Assembly (NCBI GenBank): GCA_964016885.1
Contig: CAXHJY010000935.1
Location: 26,571 to 90,570 of the forward strand
DNA: 64,000 bases
Origin: Eledone cirrhosa
Lineage: Eukaryota
Direction: 5' to 3'
A program made the translations under genes and the position numbers. Every line of letters begins with the position of its first letter. Positions within the stretch are counted from its first letter, which is position 1. Shown here piece by piece: positions 25,985 to 38,280 of this stretch. The notes under the pieces are model-generated. The model ran no database searches, was not told the DNA's origin, and saw only the letters and a program-made list of their open reading frames with translations.

Positions 25985-26420
25985 TGACATGACAAAAAGC
26001 ACCCAGCCCATCCTGAAAGGTGGTCATGATGGTAACATGACAAAAAGCACCCAGCCTACCCTGAAAGGTGAACATGATGGTGACATGACAAAAAGCACCC
26101 AGCCCACCCTGAAAGGTGGTCATGATGGTGACAAGGCAAAAAGCACTAGAGTCCACTTTATAAGGTAGTTGTGCTGTTGACATAATGAAAAAATACCCAG
26201 TCCACCCTGTGTTGGTTGTTATGGTGCCACAATAAAAAGCACCCAGTCTATGTTGTAAATATGTTTGGTGTTAGGAAGGGCATCCAGCCATAGAAACAAA
26301 GCCAGAAACGGTCTTGTATGAGTAAGACACAGTCACCTGATCTAACTTGTCACACAACAGGACATGTCTAACCCATTAAAGCATGGAAAATGGACGTTAA
26401 ACGATGATGATGATGATGTT
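25985..26420 (+). mobile_element. SINE-like repeat with internal 48-bp tandem units and an RTE-type (ATG)n tail (copies at 49755-50030 -, 50760-50960, 51800-52060 -, 61900-62070)
   Basis: Repeated CAAAAAGCACCCAG...CTGAAAGGTG units, GGTGTTAGGAAGGGCATCCAG, GGACGTTAAA(TGA)n end. Confidence 0.75.
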
Positions 26421-26553
26421 GGCTGTTTCTAATCTGACTTGAATGTTCCATTTAAGCTTAATATAGTGGATTTCTGTTTACAATATGTTAAAGAATTGAT
26501 ATTGCTAATTCTTAATTCTTATATAATAATATAATTCTCTATCAACTGATCAG

Positions 26554-26670
26554 GTGAAAAGAAGTTTCTCATGGGAGATAAACCATGTGAAACTGATTGT
26601 GCCATATTTGGGATAATTGCAGTGACAAGACAGATGCCAAAAACTAGCATTTGTGCAAAAATTATTGAAG
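26554..26670 (+). CDS. FAXC-like paralog B, coding exon 5
   Basis: AG/GT-bounded, 117 nt. EKKFLMGDKPCETDCAIFGIIAVTRQMPKTSICAKIIE carries the GST C-domain FL.GD.P...D...FG motif. Confidence 0.93.
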
Positions 26671-26696
26671 GTTAGTATTACAATTTTTCTTGTTAA

Positions 26697-29600
26697 TCAT
26701 CATCATCATCATCATTTTACGTCCGCTTTTCCCTGCTTGCAAGGGTGGGACGGGTCCTATTCAGCACAGCATCTCGCCACTTATCACGGTCCTTCGTCAT
26801 CTCCACCGTGAGTTTCAACGATCTGAGGTCTGCTCTCACCACCTCTGCCCATGTTTTTTGTGGTCTTCCTCGACTGCGTCTTCCTTCTACTGGAATTTCT
26901 TGGCACTTCTTCACCCAGCGGTCATCCTCTATGCGCATCATGTTCATACCATCTCAGTCTTCTCTCCTGCACACCACAACTTACCCCTCTTATACCCAGT
27001 TTCTTTCTCAACTCATCTATACTTGGTCATTCATGCATATTGACATTGCACATCCACTGGAGCATGCTTGCTTCATTTCTCTCCAGCCGTCACATATCCT
27101 CTGCAGTTGCTGCCTATGTCTCACTACCATGCAGCATCGCACATCTCACACAGGCATCATATAACCGTCCTTTCATACGCAGGGAGAAACCCTTCTTTGT
27201 CAACAGAGGAAGCAGCTCCCTAAACTTCTTCCAACCCATCCTTATTCTAGATACTATGGCCTTGGAACACCCCCCTCCCATGCTAATCTGATCTCCTAGG
27301 TACCGGAAGTTATCAACCACTTCTATAGAACCCAGCTGCATTGGAAAAATGTGTCTTTCACTGTGATTACTACTGCCAACTTTTCCTGTACATTTACTGC
27401 ATACGTAGTTTTCCCTACCTGTTAGTTTGCCTACTATCCCACTACATCTCTTGTGTACCCAAGATCTGCATTGCGTACATTTTATGGAATTTATGCCAGT
27501 TCCTTTTCTACATATCGAACATGGCCATTTCCCTGATGGAATCAGAGTATTGTCCTCTCTTCTACTCATCAACACTTTTGTCTTAGCTATGTTCACTCTC
27601 AGTCCTCTTGATTCCAACTGCTGTTTCCATAGCCAGAATTTATTCTCTAGCTCCTCTACTGATTCTGCTATAAGAACCAGATCATCTGCATAGAGAAGTT
27701 CCCATGGGCATCCAGTCTTAAACTCCTCTGTTATGGCTTGGAGGACTATAATGAACAAGAGCGGGCTGAGGACCGAACCCTGATGTACACCTACTTGTAT
27801 CTGGAATTCTTCACTAAATTCCATTCCTACTCTCACTTTACTGACAGCAACTCTGTACATAGCTTGCACTGTCCTCACAAGCCATTGCTCTACACCTAGT
27901 TTCCTTAGGCACCACCAGATGACAGATCAGGGTACCCTATCAAAGGCCTTCTCTAGGTCAACAAAAGCTAAGTATAGTGGCTTATTCTTCTCTAAGAACC
28001 TCTCTTGTAGTTGTCTCACTAAGAAGAAGGCATCTGTTGTACTTTTCCGAGGCACAAAACCAAACTGCATCTCATCTAATTTGACCCTTTCTCTAATCAG
28101 TAGCGCTAATATTCTCTCTGCCACTTTCATAAGCTGATCCATCAGCTTTATGCCCCTATACTTGCTCCTCTCCAGAGCATCTCCTTTACCTTTGTAGCAA
28201 TTTATGAGAATACTGCTGCACCAGTCTTTGGGTATGGCACCACCATATATAGCTTGATTGATGATGCATGCAACCAGTTTAGTGCCCACTTCTGATGCCT
28301 TCAGCATCTCAGCAACTATCCCCAATGGTCCAGCAGCCTTACCATTCTTCATTTCCATAATTGCTTCTTGTACCCTATATTCGTCAATCTCAATAGCTGG
28401 TCCCTCTGTCAGGTCTACTGGGAGTAGTTTCTCTCTCCCCCATTCGTTCTCCACATTCATCAGTCTCTCATAATGACATTTCCAGGCCTCCTTTTTCTGA
28501 TCATTCGTGACACTAAGTACACCGGCATCATTCCGGACACACTTATCTCCAACAACATCCTGATTTGCACTGACACACTGCCTTGCAATGCGGAACACCG
28601 CACGTCTCTGATCTTCCCACCGCAGAACATTGGCAAACCTCCTACTCTCAGCCTCCCTGCGTGCGAAGTACACCTGGCATCTAGCTTCTCTCTTAGCAGC
28701 TGTGTATCCTTCTCTACTTCCACCATTTTTCCAAGCGTTCCATGCTAGTCTTTTGTCTCTAATGGCCCTATCTACCGTGCTGGTCCGCCACCAGGTCACT
28801 CTCTGTGTGGTTGAAGCTCTGCCCCAGCCACAAGTTTCTTCAGTAGCCTGCAGTAAGTTGTCACATAAGAAATTCCAGTTATCATCTATGTCATATGACT
28901 CTAAATCGTCTTCTTTTTCATCATACACATCTTGAAGCGTTTTCCTAAATTTATATTTTAGTAAAAGGTCTTTTAGCTTCCAGACCTTTCTTTTCCACAC
29001 CTTCCTGTATGTCTCATTCTGTCTCTTGCTTACTGAGATGTCACTAACGACTAATCTATGCTGTGGGGTACATTCTTCCCCAGAGTATGCCTTAGTATTT
29101 GACACCATCTCTCTGTCTCGCTGTCTAACTAATAAAAAATCAATCTGGCTTATGTGCTCGCCTGATTTGTAGGTTATTAGGTGGTTGCTAGGTTTCTGGA
29201 AGTTAGTGTTGCAAATGGTTAGTGCACTTGCATCACAAAATTCAAGAAGCCTCATTCCTTCTTCCTTTCTTGAGCCGTAACTGTGCCCACCATGTACCCC
29301 AGTGTATCCATCCTGGAGCTGTCCAATATGACCATTGAAGTCCTCTGCTAGCATAACGATGTCTCCATCCTCTGTCATTAAGGTTGTTTGTAAAAGTTGC
29401 TCGTAAAAGCAGTCTTTCTCTTCTTTACCTAGGCCTGCCTGGAGAGCATAGGCAGAGATGATTGTCAGTAGTCTCTTGCCTACAACTAATCTAAGCTTAA
29501 TTATTCTATTACTAACTCTAACTACCTCTATTGTCTTATCGATCCATCTCTCAGCCGGTAATATGCCTACCCCACCTAACCTATCATCATTACCTACCCA

Positions 29601-29730
29601 GAAAAGCTTATAACTAAGATGTTTGCCTGCGATTAGTCTTGCAGAGGCACCTCTCCATCTCACCTCTTGCATGCAGCACACATGCCTTCTCTCCAGCATC
29701 CGTTGGTCCATAATTGTTCTCTCCAGCATC
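26697..29730 (-). mobile_element. RTE-clade LINE, nearly complete ORF (APE endonuclease, RT, PHD-like finger), in intron 5 of paralog B
   Basis: QEVRW, DFNGHIG, QIDF (APE); DLEKAFDRVP, GVHQGSVLSP, LYADD (RT); (ATG)n 3' tail; in-frame stops at 27927 and 27114. Confidence 0.95.
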
Positions 29731-30004
29731 CGTAATTGTTGGTGAGTTTGAATGAAATAAATAGTCATTGACCTAAGGTAGACGATTTACAACATTCTTA
29801 CAGACTTTGAGTCAAATTGGTTTGAAATTGTGCAAATGTATAAACATGGAACATGCACACACAACAACAATCTGCCTTTTATAGATATGATATATATATA
29901 TATATGTATGTATATATATATATATACAAATCTCATACATATATACATATACAAATCTCATGCAAATATATATACTGTATGTATATATATATATATCTAT
30001 CTAT

Positions 30005-30300
30005 CTAAGGCGGGTAAAATTCCCGAGATCCATGGACGAGTTCTCTCCAGCGGTCTCTGTCCTTCATTATCGCTGCCATATTCTGCATCTCCAACAGACC
30101 AGTGTCTGTCCTTAGGGCATCAACATATGTTAACCTTGGTCTTCCTCTTCTAGTGTGTCCATGTAGGGGCTCCCAAAGGAGCACTGAGTGCAATGTCAAC
30201 TCTGGATGTCGGTGAGCATGTCCAGCCAACCTCAGTCTCCTCTGTGTCACTTTTGAGCTGACTTTTGGGATGCTCCCATACAGCTCTGAGTTTTTCATCC
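30005..30300 (-). mobile_element. RTE-like LINE 3' fragment of a second family
   Basis: RRLRLAGHAHRH...LLWEP..G..RRGRP...Y.D.L..D motif. A related remnant lies at about 56670-56905 (+). Confidence 0.8.
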
Positions 30301-31569
30301 TCAGTGTATGAGATAAATGGAAAAAGATGAGTATTGACGTACATGTACGTCAATACTCATCTTTTGCCATTTATCTGAGGGTTCTAAACCCCATTATGAG
30401 GCTAAAATTCCTTTAGTTAAAAATACTGTGAAAGCTATATATAAATATATATATATATTTACAACCGAAAAGTTTGGAGACATAAAAATAAAAATGTTAA
30501 TGAAAATTTTTTCCTTGGTATGATCAAAGAAAAAGTTAATCTCCTACCAGCTCTATGAGATATTTACCCAAGCCAGGGCCCCGTTTGATGATCAGGTTTA
30601 GCTCGGTGTGGCGGGCAAAATAATCAGCATTCAGGCGGCAGGACAAACCATGTAGACCTGTAGTTTATATGTCTATGTTTTTAAATTTGCAGCAATATGG
30701 TGTGGGTTTCTTTAAAATTATAATTTGACTGTATTTGCGAGTTACATTATATACAATGGTCAGCTGAAAAGTTCATAGGCTGATGTCAGTTTACCTGGAA
30801 AGAAACAATGCAGTTATTAATAAGAAGAGTTGAAATTAATGCATAGAAAATTTCACAGCTCTAGCATCATTCCTGATGAACTTTTCAGCTAATCCTTGTA
30901 TGAGGATAAAATATGACATTTTATTAGTTACAAAAAGTAGTGGTTGTATTACATTCAAGAGTTTGAGTTTTGTATTTTATGGCACCAAATTCAACATTTG
31001 AGTCTTTGGTTGTTTGAAATAAAAAAAAAATAACTTATAATCGAGAAGTAAATATTAGTAGAACAAAGTTAAAGTTCTTTTTGTTTGCAAGATTAATCAT
31101 AGGAAACCATAATTATGCTGACAAAAGTTTTTTTTTAAATAGGATTATAAACATTTTTTAGCTTGAGATGTGAGAGTATTATATTCACTAGCACAACCCA
31201 TCAAAATTCCATGTTTCGTTAATCTTATTTCTATTTTGATTTATAAATTTATAGATCTTCATATTTCAAATATTTTTCCATCGCTGAGGTTGTTAATAGT
31301 TTAACACATGAACACAAGTCATGACATTATCATCAAGGGTGGTGGATTGGCAAGGGTGGTGGATTGGCAGAATCGGTTGAGTGTCGGACAACATATTTAG
31401 CAGCATAGATTTATGACCCATTACATTCTAAATTCAAATCCTGCCAATGTTAGCTTTGCCTTTCATCCTTATGGGGTCGATAAAATAAACTACCAGTAAT
31501 GCTTTAGGGTCGATTTAATCGACTTTCCCTTTCCCCTAAAATGGTTGGCCTTGTGCCTAAATCAGAAAC

Positions 31570-33045
31570 CATTATCATCATCTTCAACATCGTTTGCACG
31601 CTCATTTTTCCAAGCTTGCATGGGTAGAAATGGTAACTTCATTTCTCTCCAGCCTATGCATGTCCTCTATAGTCACTGGCCATGTTTCATTATCATACAG
31701 CATCACACTTCACACACAGGCATCACACAGTCGTCTTTTTGTACATAGGCAGAAACCTTTCGTTGTGAACAGTGAGAGTAGCTCTCTAGACTGCTTCCAT
31801 CCTATCCTTATTCTTGCTCTTTTTGCTGTTTATTAGGTCATCTAGATAGCAGAGGCTATCAACCATTTCTATGAATCCTTCTTGTGATTGGAAAAGGTTT
31901 ATAACACTGACACTCTGCTCCTCGATTACCCCTGTGCATCTTCTACATACAAAGTCTTTCCCTCCTTTTAGTCTACCTGTTATACCATTATATCTCTTGA
32001 GTACCCAAGATTTACATTGTGTACATTGTATAGAGTTTATGCCTACTATTTTTCTACATATTGAGCAGGGCAGTTTAAGACTAAGACTGGCTGTCCATGG
32101 GACTTTTATATGCTGACAACTTGTTTCTTGTAACGGAATCTATGAAAGAACTTGAGAAAAAATTTTGGTTGTAGAAACAGAAGACAGAATGAAAAGGGCT
32201 TCGAGTAAACTTAGTTGAGACCAAAGTTTTAGTAAGTAGGAAAGAAGACACAATGTTTGTCCTGTCAGGGAAGAGGCCTTGCCTGATATATAGAACAGGA
32301 GTGGGTGGAAACTTTGTACGACAAATGCCATATAAATCTTGGGTACACAAGGTGTAGTGACATAGCAGGTAGACTAACACAAAAAGTAGACTTTGCATGT
32401 GGTAGATGTACAGGTGAACACCAGTGAAATATATTTTTTTCCAATCCCAAGCAGGTGTCATAGAAGTGATTGATAGTTTCTGCTACCCTGGTGACCTACT
32501 AAGTAGTGGTAGAGGATGCTATGAAAGCATAGTAATTACAATAAGAACAGGAGAAAAAACGTTCAGGGAGCTATTACTGGTGTTGACAACAAAAGGTTTC
32601 TCTTTATGAATGAAAGGCTGACTGTATGATGCCCACGTGTGATGTTGCATGGTAGTGAGACTTGAGCTGTGAATGCAAAAGATATCTAAAGGCTGGAGAG
32701 AAATTAAGTGAGCATACTTTAATGGCTCTAATCTTAATGTGCATGAATGATGAAGAATGGATGAGCTGAGAGAAAAACTGGGTGTAATAAGAATTAGATG
32801 TAGTGTGCAAGAGAGAAGACAGCACTGGTATGGACATGTAATGTCTAAGAATGATGATTGTTGGGTGAAGAAATGCCAAGAAATCCCAGTGGAAGGTAGC
32901 AGCAATAGAGAAAGACCAAGAAGAACTAGGGCAGATGTGGTGAGAACTGATCTCTAACTACTAAGGCTCACAGTAGAGATGTCAAAGGAATGCAATGAAT
33001 GGTGCAATGCTGTGTTGCAGACATAAATGGCAGGGATGATGATGA
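31570..33045. mobile_element. Two degraded RTE 3' fragments, head-to-head (about 31570-32075 minus, about 32085-33045 plus)
   Basis: Homologous to 26700-27720 (VQERR..WYGHVM, WVKKCQEIPVEG), with many stops. Confidence 0.8.
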
Positions 33046-35551
33046 TAAAATTAATTTACCTTTTTATTTCTTGCTTTAATATTATTTAAAACTAAACTTT
33101 CACAGGCTGCTTGGATGATGAAAGTAAGAGAAGAATATACACTGTGTCGATATAGGTTATATGTTGTATAGGGTCAATAACTTCAAAAGAACCAACATTA
33201 TTACTACAGTAAGTTATTACTACGTTCTGAGTTCAAATCACACAAAGGTTAACTTTACCTTTCATCCTTATGGGGTCGATAAAATAAAGTACCAGTAATG
33301 TACTTGGTAATTGCTGGCCTTATGTCAAAAGTAGAAACAATTATTATTACAGTAATAGAAGTGACAGTGAGAAAACAGGTTGCTTGTGAAACATTGATAT
33401 TAAAGTGATTGGTAAATGAAGGCTTGTTTGTCAGTCAATGGCTTTTTCATGGATACAGTTCAGAATGTATGAGTGTGTGCATGTGCCTATGTGTGTGCAT
33501 GAATGTATGTGAGGTTAATGGTGAACATGTATGTGAGATAAGTGCACCATTCCATATATGCGGTATTACTCTTGTCGATAACCCATAGCCTAAATGGTAT
33601 GAGGAAACTTATCTATATTTAAAGGCCACATCGAATTAAATGTAATCTTATGAGCCCACATTAAAGAAATGTTTTAGTCTCAAAAATGTAATTACATATA
33701 ATGTGAAAATTTAATTATGAATAATAAAGAAATTTCCTTAATGTGGGCTCATAAAATTACATTTAATTGGAATGTAATGGGGCCTTTTGAAAAAAGTCTG
33801 CATTTTTCATACAAAAATAGATTTTTGTTGATTATATATCATTATAGGGCAGTAGATTGGCAGTATCGGTAGAGTGTTGGACACCATGCTTTGCAGCATA
33901 GAGTTACCGCCCTTTACGGTCTGAGTTCAAATCCTGCCGAGGTTAACTTTGCCTTTTATCCTTACGGGGTCGATAAAATAAAGTACCAGTAACGTACAAG
34001 GGTCGATTTAATCGACTTTTCCCTCCCCCCAAATTACTGGCCTTGTGCCTATAGTAGAAATCCTTATGTCTAATCATTATATATGTGGATTGGCGGTGGA
34101 TTGGCAGTATCAGTAGAGGGTCGGACACCATGCTTTGACACATAGAGTTATGGCCCTTGCCATTCTGAGTTCAAATCCCGCTGAGGTTATCTTTGCCTTT
34201 CATCCTTACGAGGTCAATAAAATAAAGTACCAGTAATGCACTGGGATAATTGCTGGCCTTGTGCTAAAAGTAGAAACAATTATGTGTATTTGTGTGTGTG
34301 TAAGTCAATAAAGGTCAGTTTACATTTTTATTTCATTATTATTCATAACTAAATTTTCACATTATATGTAATTACATTTTAGAGACTAAAACATTTCTTT
34401 AATGCGGGCTCATAAGATTACATTTAATTCGGTGTGGCCTTTAAATATAGATAAGTTTCCTCATACCAACTCTAGTTTAACTCTCAATGCCCTGTACTAC
34501 TTGAAACCACATCAGCAAGATATTCATATGTATAAAATAGTGCTATGATTGCAGAAAGCTGGAGTTTGGTTCCTCTGTGTTCGGACCTGGTGTACATGTG
34601 TGTAAGACTGATTTATTTATCTGGTTTTATATATATATAAACAATAAACAGCAATGCCAATAAACATGTTACTAATAATGGCCTCACATTAAAAATTAAA
34701 GTCTTTTACTTTTGCCCAATATTGCAAATTTTCACAACAATCTATCCACTTGTAAATACATTGAATTAACGAACCTGTTTTAAAATATTTTTCTACTAAA
34801 TCATTATGGGATACTAAGAGTTAAGGCATATTAGGGTTCTATAAAGGATTAGAAGCTATACAGGCCTGAGGTGTATTTTAGTTCTAAAACAGAAACTTAT
34901 CTTTGGGATACACTACTAGTCATTGCATCAATTTATTTGAATTCCTATTAGATATTAGATTGTTAGGCTTTTATATTACTTATGTAATATGCTTTCATTA
35001 AAAGATATATATTTAAACCTTTCATGACTATATTTCTAGTGAAATGCATTGTATTTTCATCAATTAAAGAAAAAATTGGAAAGGTTTAATAAATTTATTA
35101 ATTATTTCATTATTAAGATGGTATATGTAACATAACTCAACAAAAGATTCTTATATCAAATTATGTCAGAAGTTTTTTTTATTTAAATAGGAACCCTTGA
35201 AATTGGGTGGTTTTGTTAAATAGAAACAGCACTGATTTGGGGCAGGTTGGTATCAAAAGGGTTAATTTGGATTGGCAGAATTGTTAGGGTACCAGACAAG
35301 AAGCTTTGCAGTATTTATTCTGTTATTTATTTATTTATTTTTTAATGTTCTGAGTTCAAATCCTGCAAAGGCCAACTTATCATTTCATCCTTCTGAGGTC
35401 ACTAAAATTAAGTACCAGTCAAGTATTTCAGTCAATTTAATTGACTAACCTTCAACAAATTTGTGAATTTGTGCCCATATTAGAAAAGAAATTATTATAA
35501 AATCATATATTAATATTTAACAATGTTATTTCTCTTCTTTTATTTCACCAG

Positions 35552-35670
35552 ATGACATCTTCCCAAACCTAACTGCCTACATTGAAAGAATGCAAGCCCT
35601 GTACTGGCCTGACTGGGCTGCTCCAGGCTGGAAAGTTCCAACATTTGGTCTTCAACCTCCAAAAGATTAA
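35552..35670 (+). CDS. FAXC-like paralog B, coding exon 6 (stop)
   Basis: Polypyrimidine tract and AG. (D)DIFPNLTAYIERMQALYWPDWAAPGWKVPTFGLQPPKD*. The six exons sum to 840 nt with consistent splice phases. Confidence 0.93.
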
Positions 35671-37751
35671 TATACTTTCTTTACTTCTGTTGACGGACTT
35701 TTTTCTTCCAATATTTTCAAAGTTTTGCACATATTAAAGTTTATTGTTTGTTAATTATATTAGAATAGAATGAAAGCCTGCAGCCTAATGGTTAATGGGC
35801 TGGATTCAAGATTGTAAGATTGTGGGTTTGATCCCTGGACCAGGCAATGCTCTAGTTCATTTAACTGAGTACTAGCAGCAGCTGGGATTAACCTTGTGTC
35901 AGACAAGCATCTTCTCCAGTCAGGGAGGGTCATGTACTCTCAGTTTGCTAATGCCACAGGAAAGCTCCAATATCAACCTCAAGGCCTGAGAGAGATATTT
36001 TAAAAATAAAATACTAAGATCTCAGTTTCAAGTATTGATATAATTACGTCAATTAGTTAATCTTCAAGTAAAGCAGTGGATTGGCAGAATTGTTAAAGTG
36101 TAACAGTGTTTCATTCGACTGTTTACTTTCTGAGTTCAAATATTGTTGAGGTCAACTTTGCCTTTCATCCTTCCAAGGTCAATAAAATAAAGTATTAGTC
36201 CAGAACTGAGGTTGATAGAATTGACTTTCCTTTTCCGCCAAATTGCTGGCCTGGTGCCAAAATTAGAAACCATTATATATTCAGGTTATTGAATCTCCTG
36301 CAATATTTATTAGACTGAAATCATCTTCTGTTATGTTCATCATCAACATCGTCCTCATCAGTTTAACATCTATTTTTTGTGTTTCCATCTGTTCAATGGG
36401 TTATTAAGTGATGGGGCTAGCCAGGTGAGAGGACCACGTCTTGCCCATACAGATCTGTTTTGGGTTTGGTCTTTTACTGCTGGATGCTCTTCTTAATGCC
36501 AACCACATTACAGTATGTACTGGGAGCTTTTCTCATGGCACCATTACTACTCTTTTACAGGGTGGACTGAGTGCTTGTTGTTGTAACACCAGTACAACCA
36601 CCTAACAAGGTGAACTGGATACTACTTACTCCCTTACATAATGTATTGGGTGCTTTTTGTTGTGGCAACAGTACAACCGCATGGGGTAGACTGGGTGCAT
36701 TTTATGGCACTAGATTTGATATATTCTTAACTATATTTTTACAAGTTAGTTAGAGATTGTAAAGTTGCTAGCAGAATATATTTCTACCTTAATCCCTGTT
36801 CTGGGTTGTAACCATTTCACTTGGTTGAAATAATTTTAGGCAGGTCAATGTTGTTGTTAGACCTCCATTGTATCTAATGGTGAGTGCTCTAGTCACTTCA
36901 ATCAACAGAACTCCCTGCTCATGAAATTAACATATAAGTAACTGAGCATTCTACAGATACATGAACTCTAAGAGTAGTTCTCAGGGAGATTCAGCATGAC
37001 ACAATGTGTGACAAGGCTGGCCCTTTGAATTACAGGTACAACTTTTTTGTCAGTAGAGTGGACTAGAGCAATGTAAAACAAAGTGCCTTGCTCAAATACA
37101 AAACACACCACTTGGTCCATGAATTGAACTCACAACTATGTGATCTTAGGCCGAACACCCTAACCATTAAGCCACATACCCTCACAGCTGTGTCAATAAC
37201 ATGATGTTAATATCATTGTACATTAACCCTTTAGCATTTACATTACTCTATATATACTATGGTATTTTTGTGGTAAGGCTTTATCTCACATAATATCGAA
37301 TTTACAAGATTTTGATGTTATTTATTTTGAGATAAGTATAAGTGGCTTCTTATGGCCGGTCTGAACAGAGAAAGGTGAGAGAATTCTGGCCTGATATATC
37401 CGGTTTAAATGCTAAAGGGTTAACCAGGAGATATACATTCAATTTCAACATGGTACTTGATATTTGTTTTTCTTTTTCTGTTCTCTCTACTTCTCATTTT
37501 ATATATACTAAATATTTTTTTAATGAACAATATATATCAGTAATAAATCAATACATCATCATCATCATCATCATAATCTTTATCGTTTCTACATCTGATT
37601 TTCATTGTGATATGGGTTGGGTTACACTCTTTGAGGCAGTGTTTCATAACTAGTTGACCTTCTTGGTGTCAACCCTTTAAGTTGCCTCCTACAGCATGCA
37701 GGGATATGGTGTACTGATTCTAAAAAATTGGAATACAACCAGCAACCAAGA

Positions 37752-37895
37752 TACACACAGCAAATCAGGATACACACAGCAAATCAGGATACACACAGCA
37801 AATCAGGATACACACAGCAAATCAGGATACATACAGCAAATCAGGATACACACAGCAAATCAGGATACATACAGCAAATCAGAATACATACAGCA
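37752..37895. repeat. 19-bp minisatellite, about 7.5 copies
   Basis: Tandem ATACA(C/T)ACAGCAAATCAGG units with no spacers. Confidence 0.95.
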
Positions 37896-38061
37896 GTTGT
37901 TTAAGTTCATAGATCATTAAATGTATCAAATATTGGCTTCTGATTAACTTTATAGAAGTGACAGTATCTTCAATTGGTTTGATGTTTATACACATTAAAA
38001 GTATGTGAATGTTTGTGTTGACAGATGTAGATATCAGCAACTTCTACCATTACATTTGTGA

Positions 38062-38280
38062 ATGTGTGTGGCTGAGTGGTTAGAACATTGAGCGCACAAT
38101 CATGAGGTTGTGAGTTTGATTCCCAGACTGGGTAGTGCATTGTGTCCTTGAGCAAGACACTTTATTTCACATTGCTCCAGTTCACTCAGCTGGAGAAAAT
38201 GAGTTGCAATGTCACTGGTGCCAAGCTGATCAGCCTTTACCTTTCCCTTGGGCAACATCAGTGGCATTGGAGAGGGGAGA
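38062..38280 (+). mobile_element. Second tRNA-derived SINE family (copies at about 17850-17950 -, 23030-23310 -, 35780-35960, 36880-37180 -, 60375-60490, 61795-61865)
   Basis: GTGGCTGAGTGGTTAG A-box, GAGTTTGATTCC B-box, TGTCCTTGAGCAAGACAC core. Confidence 0.8.

Noticed and set aside
37752-37895. Regular repeat array resembling CRISPR
   Set aside because: Head-to-tail 19-mers with no unique spacers, eukaryotic context and no cas genes.
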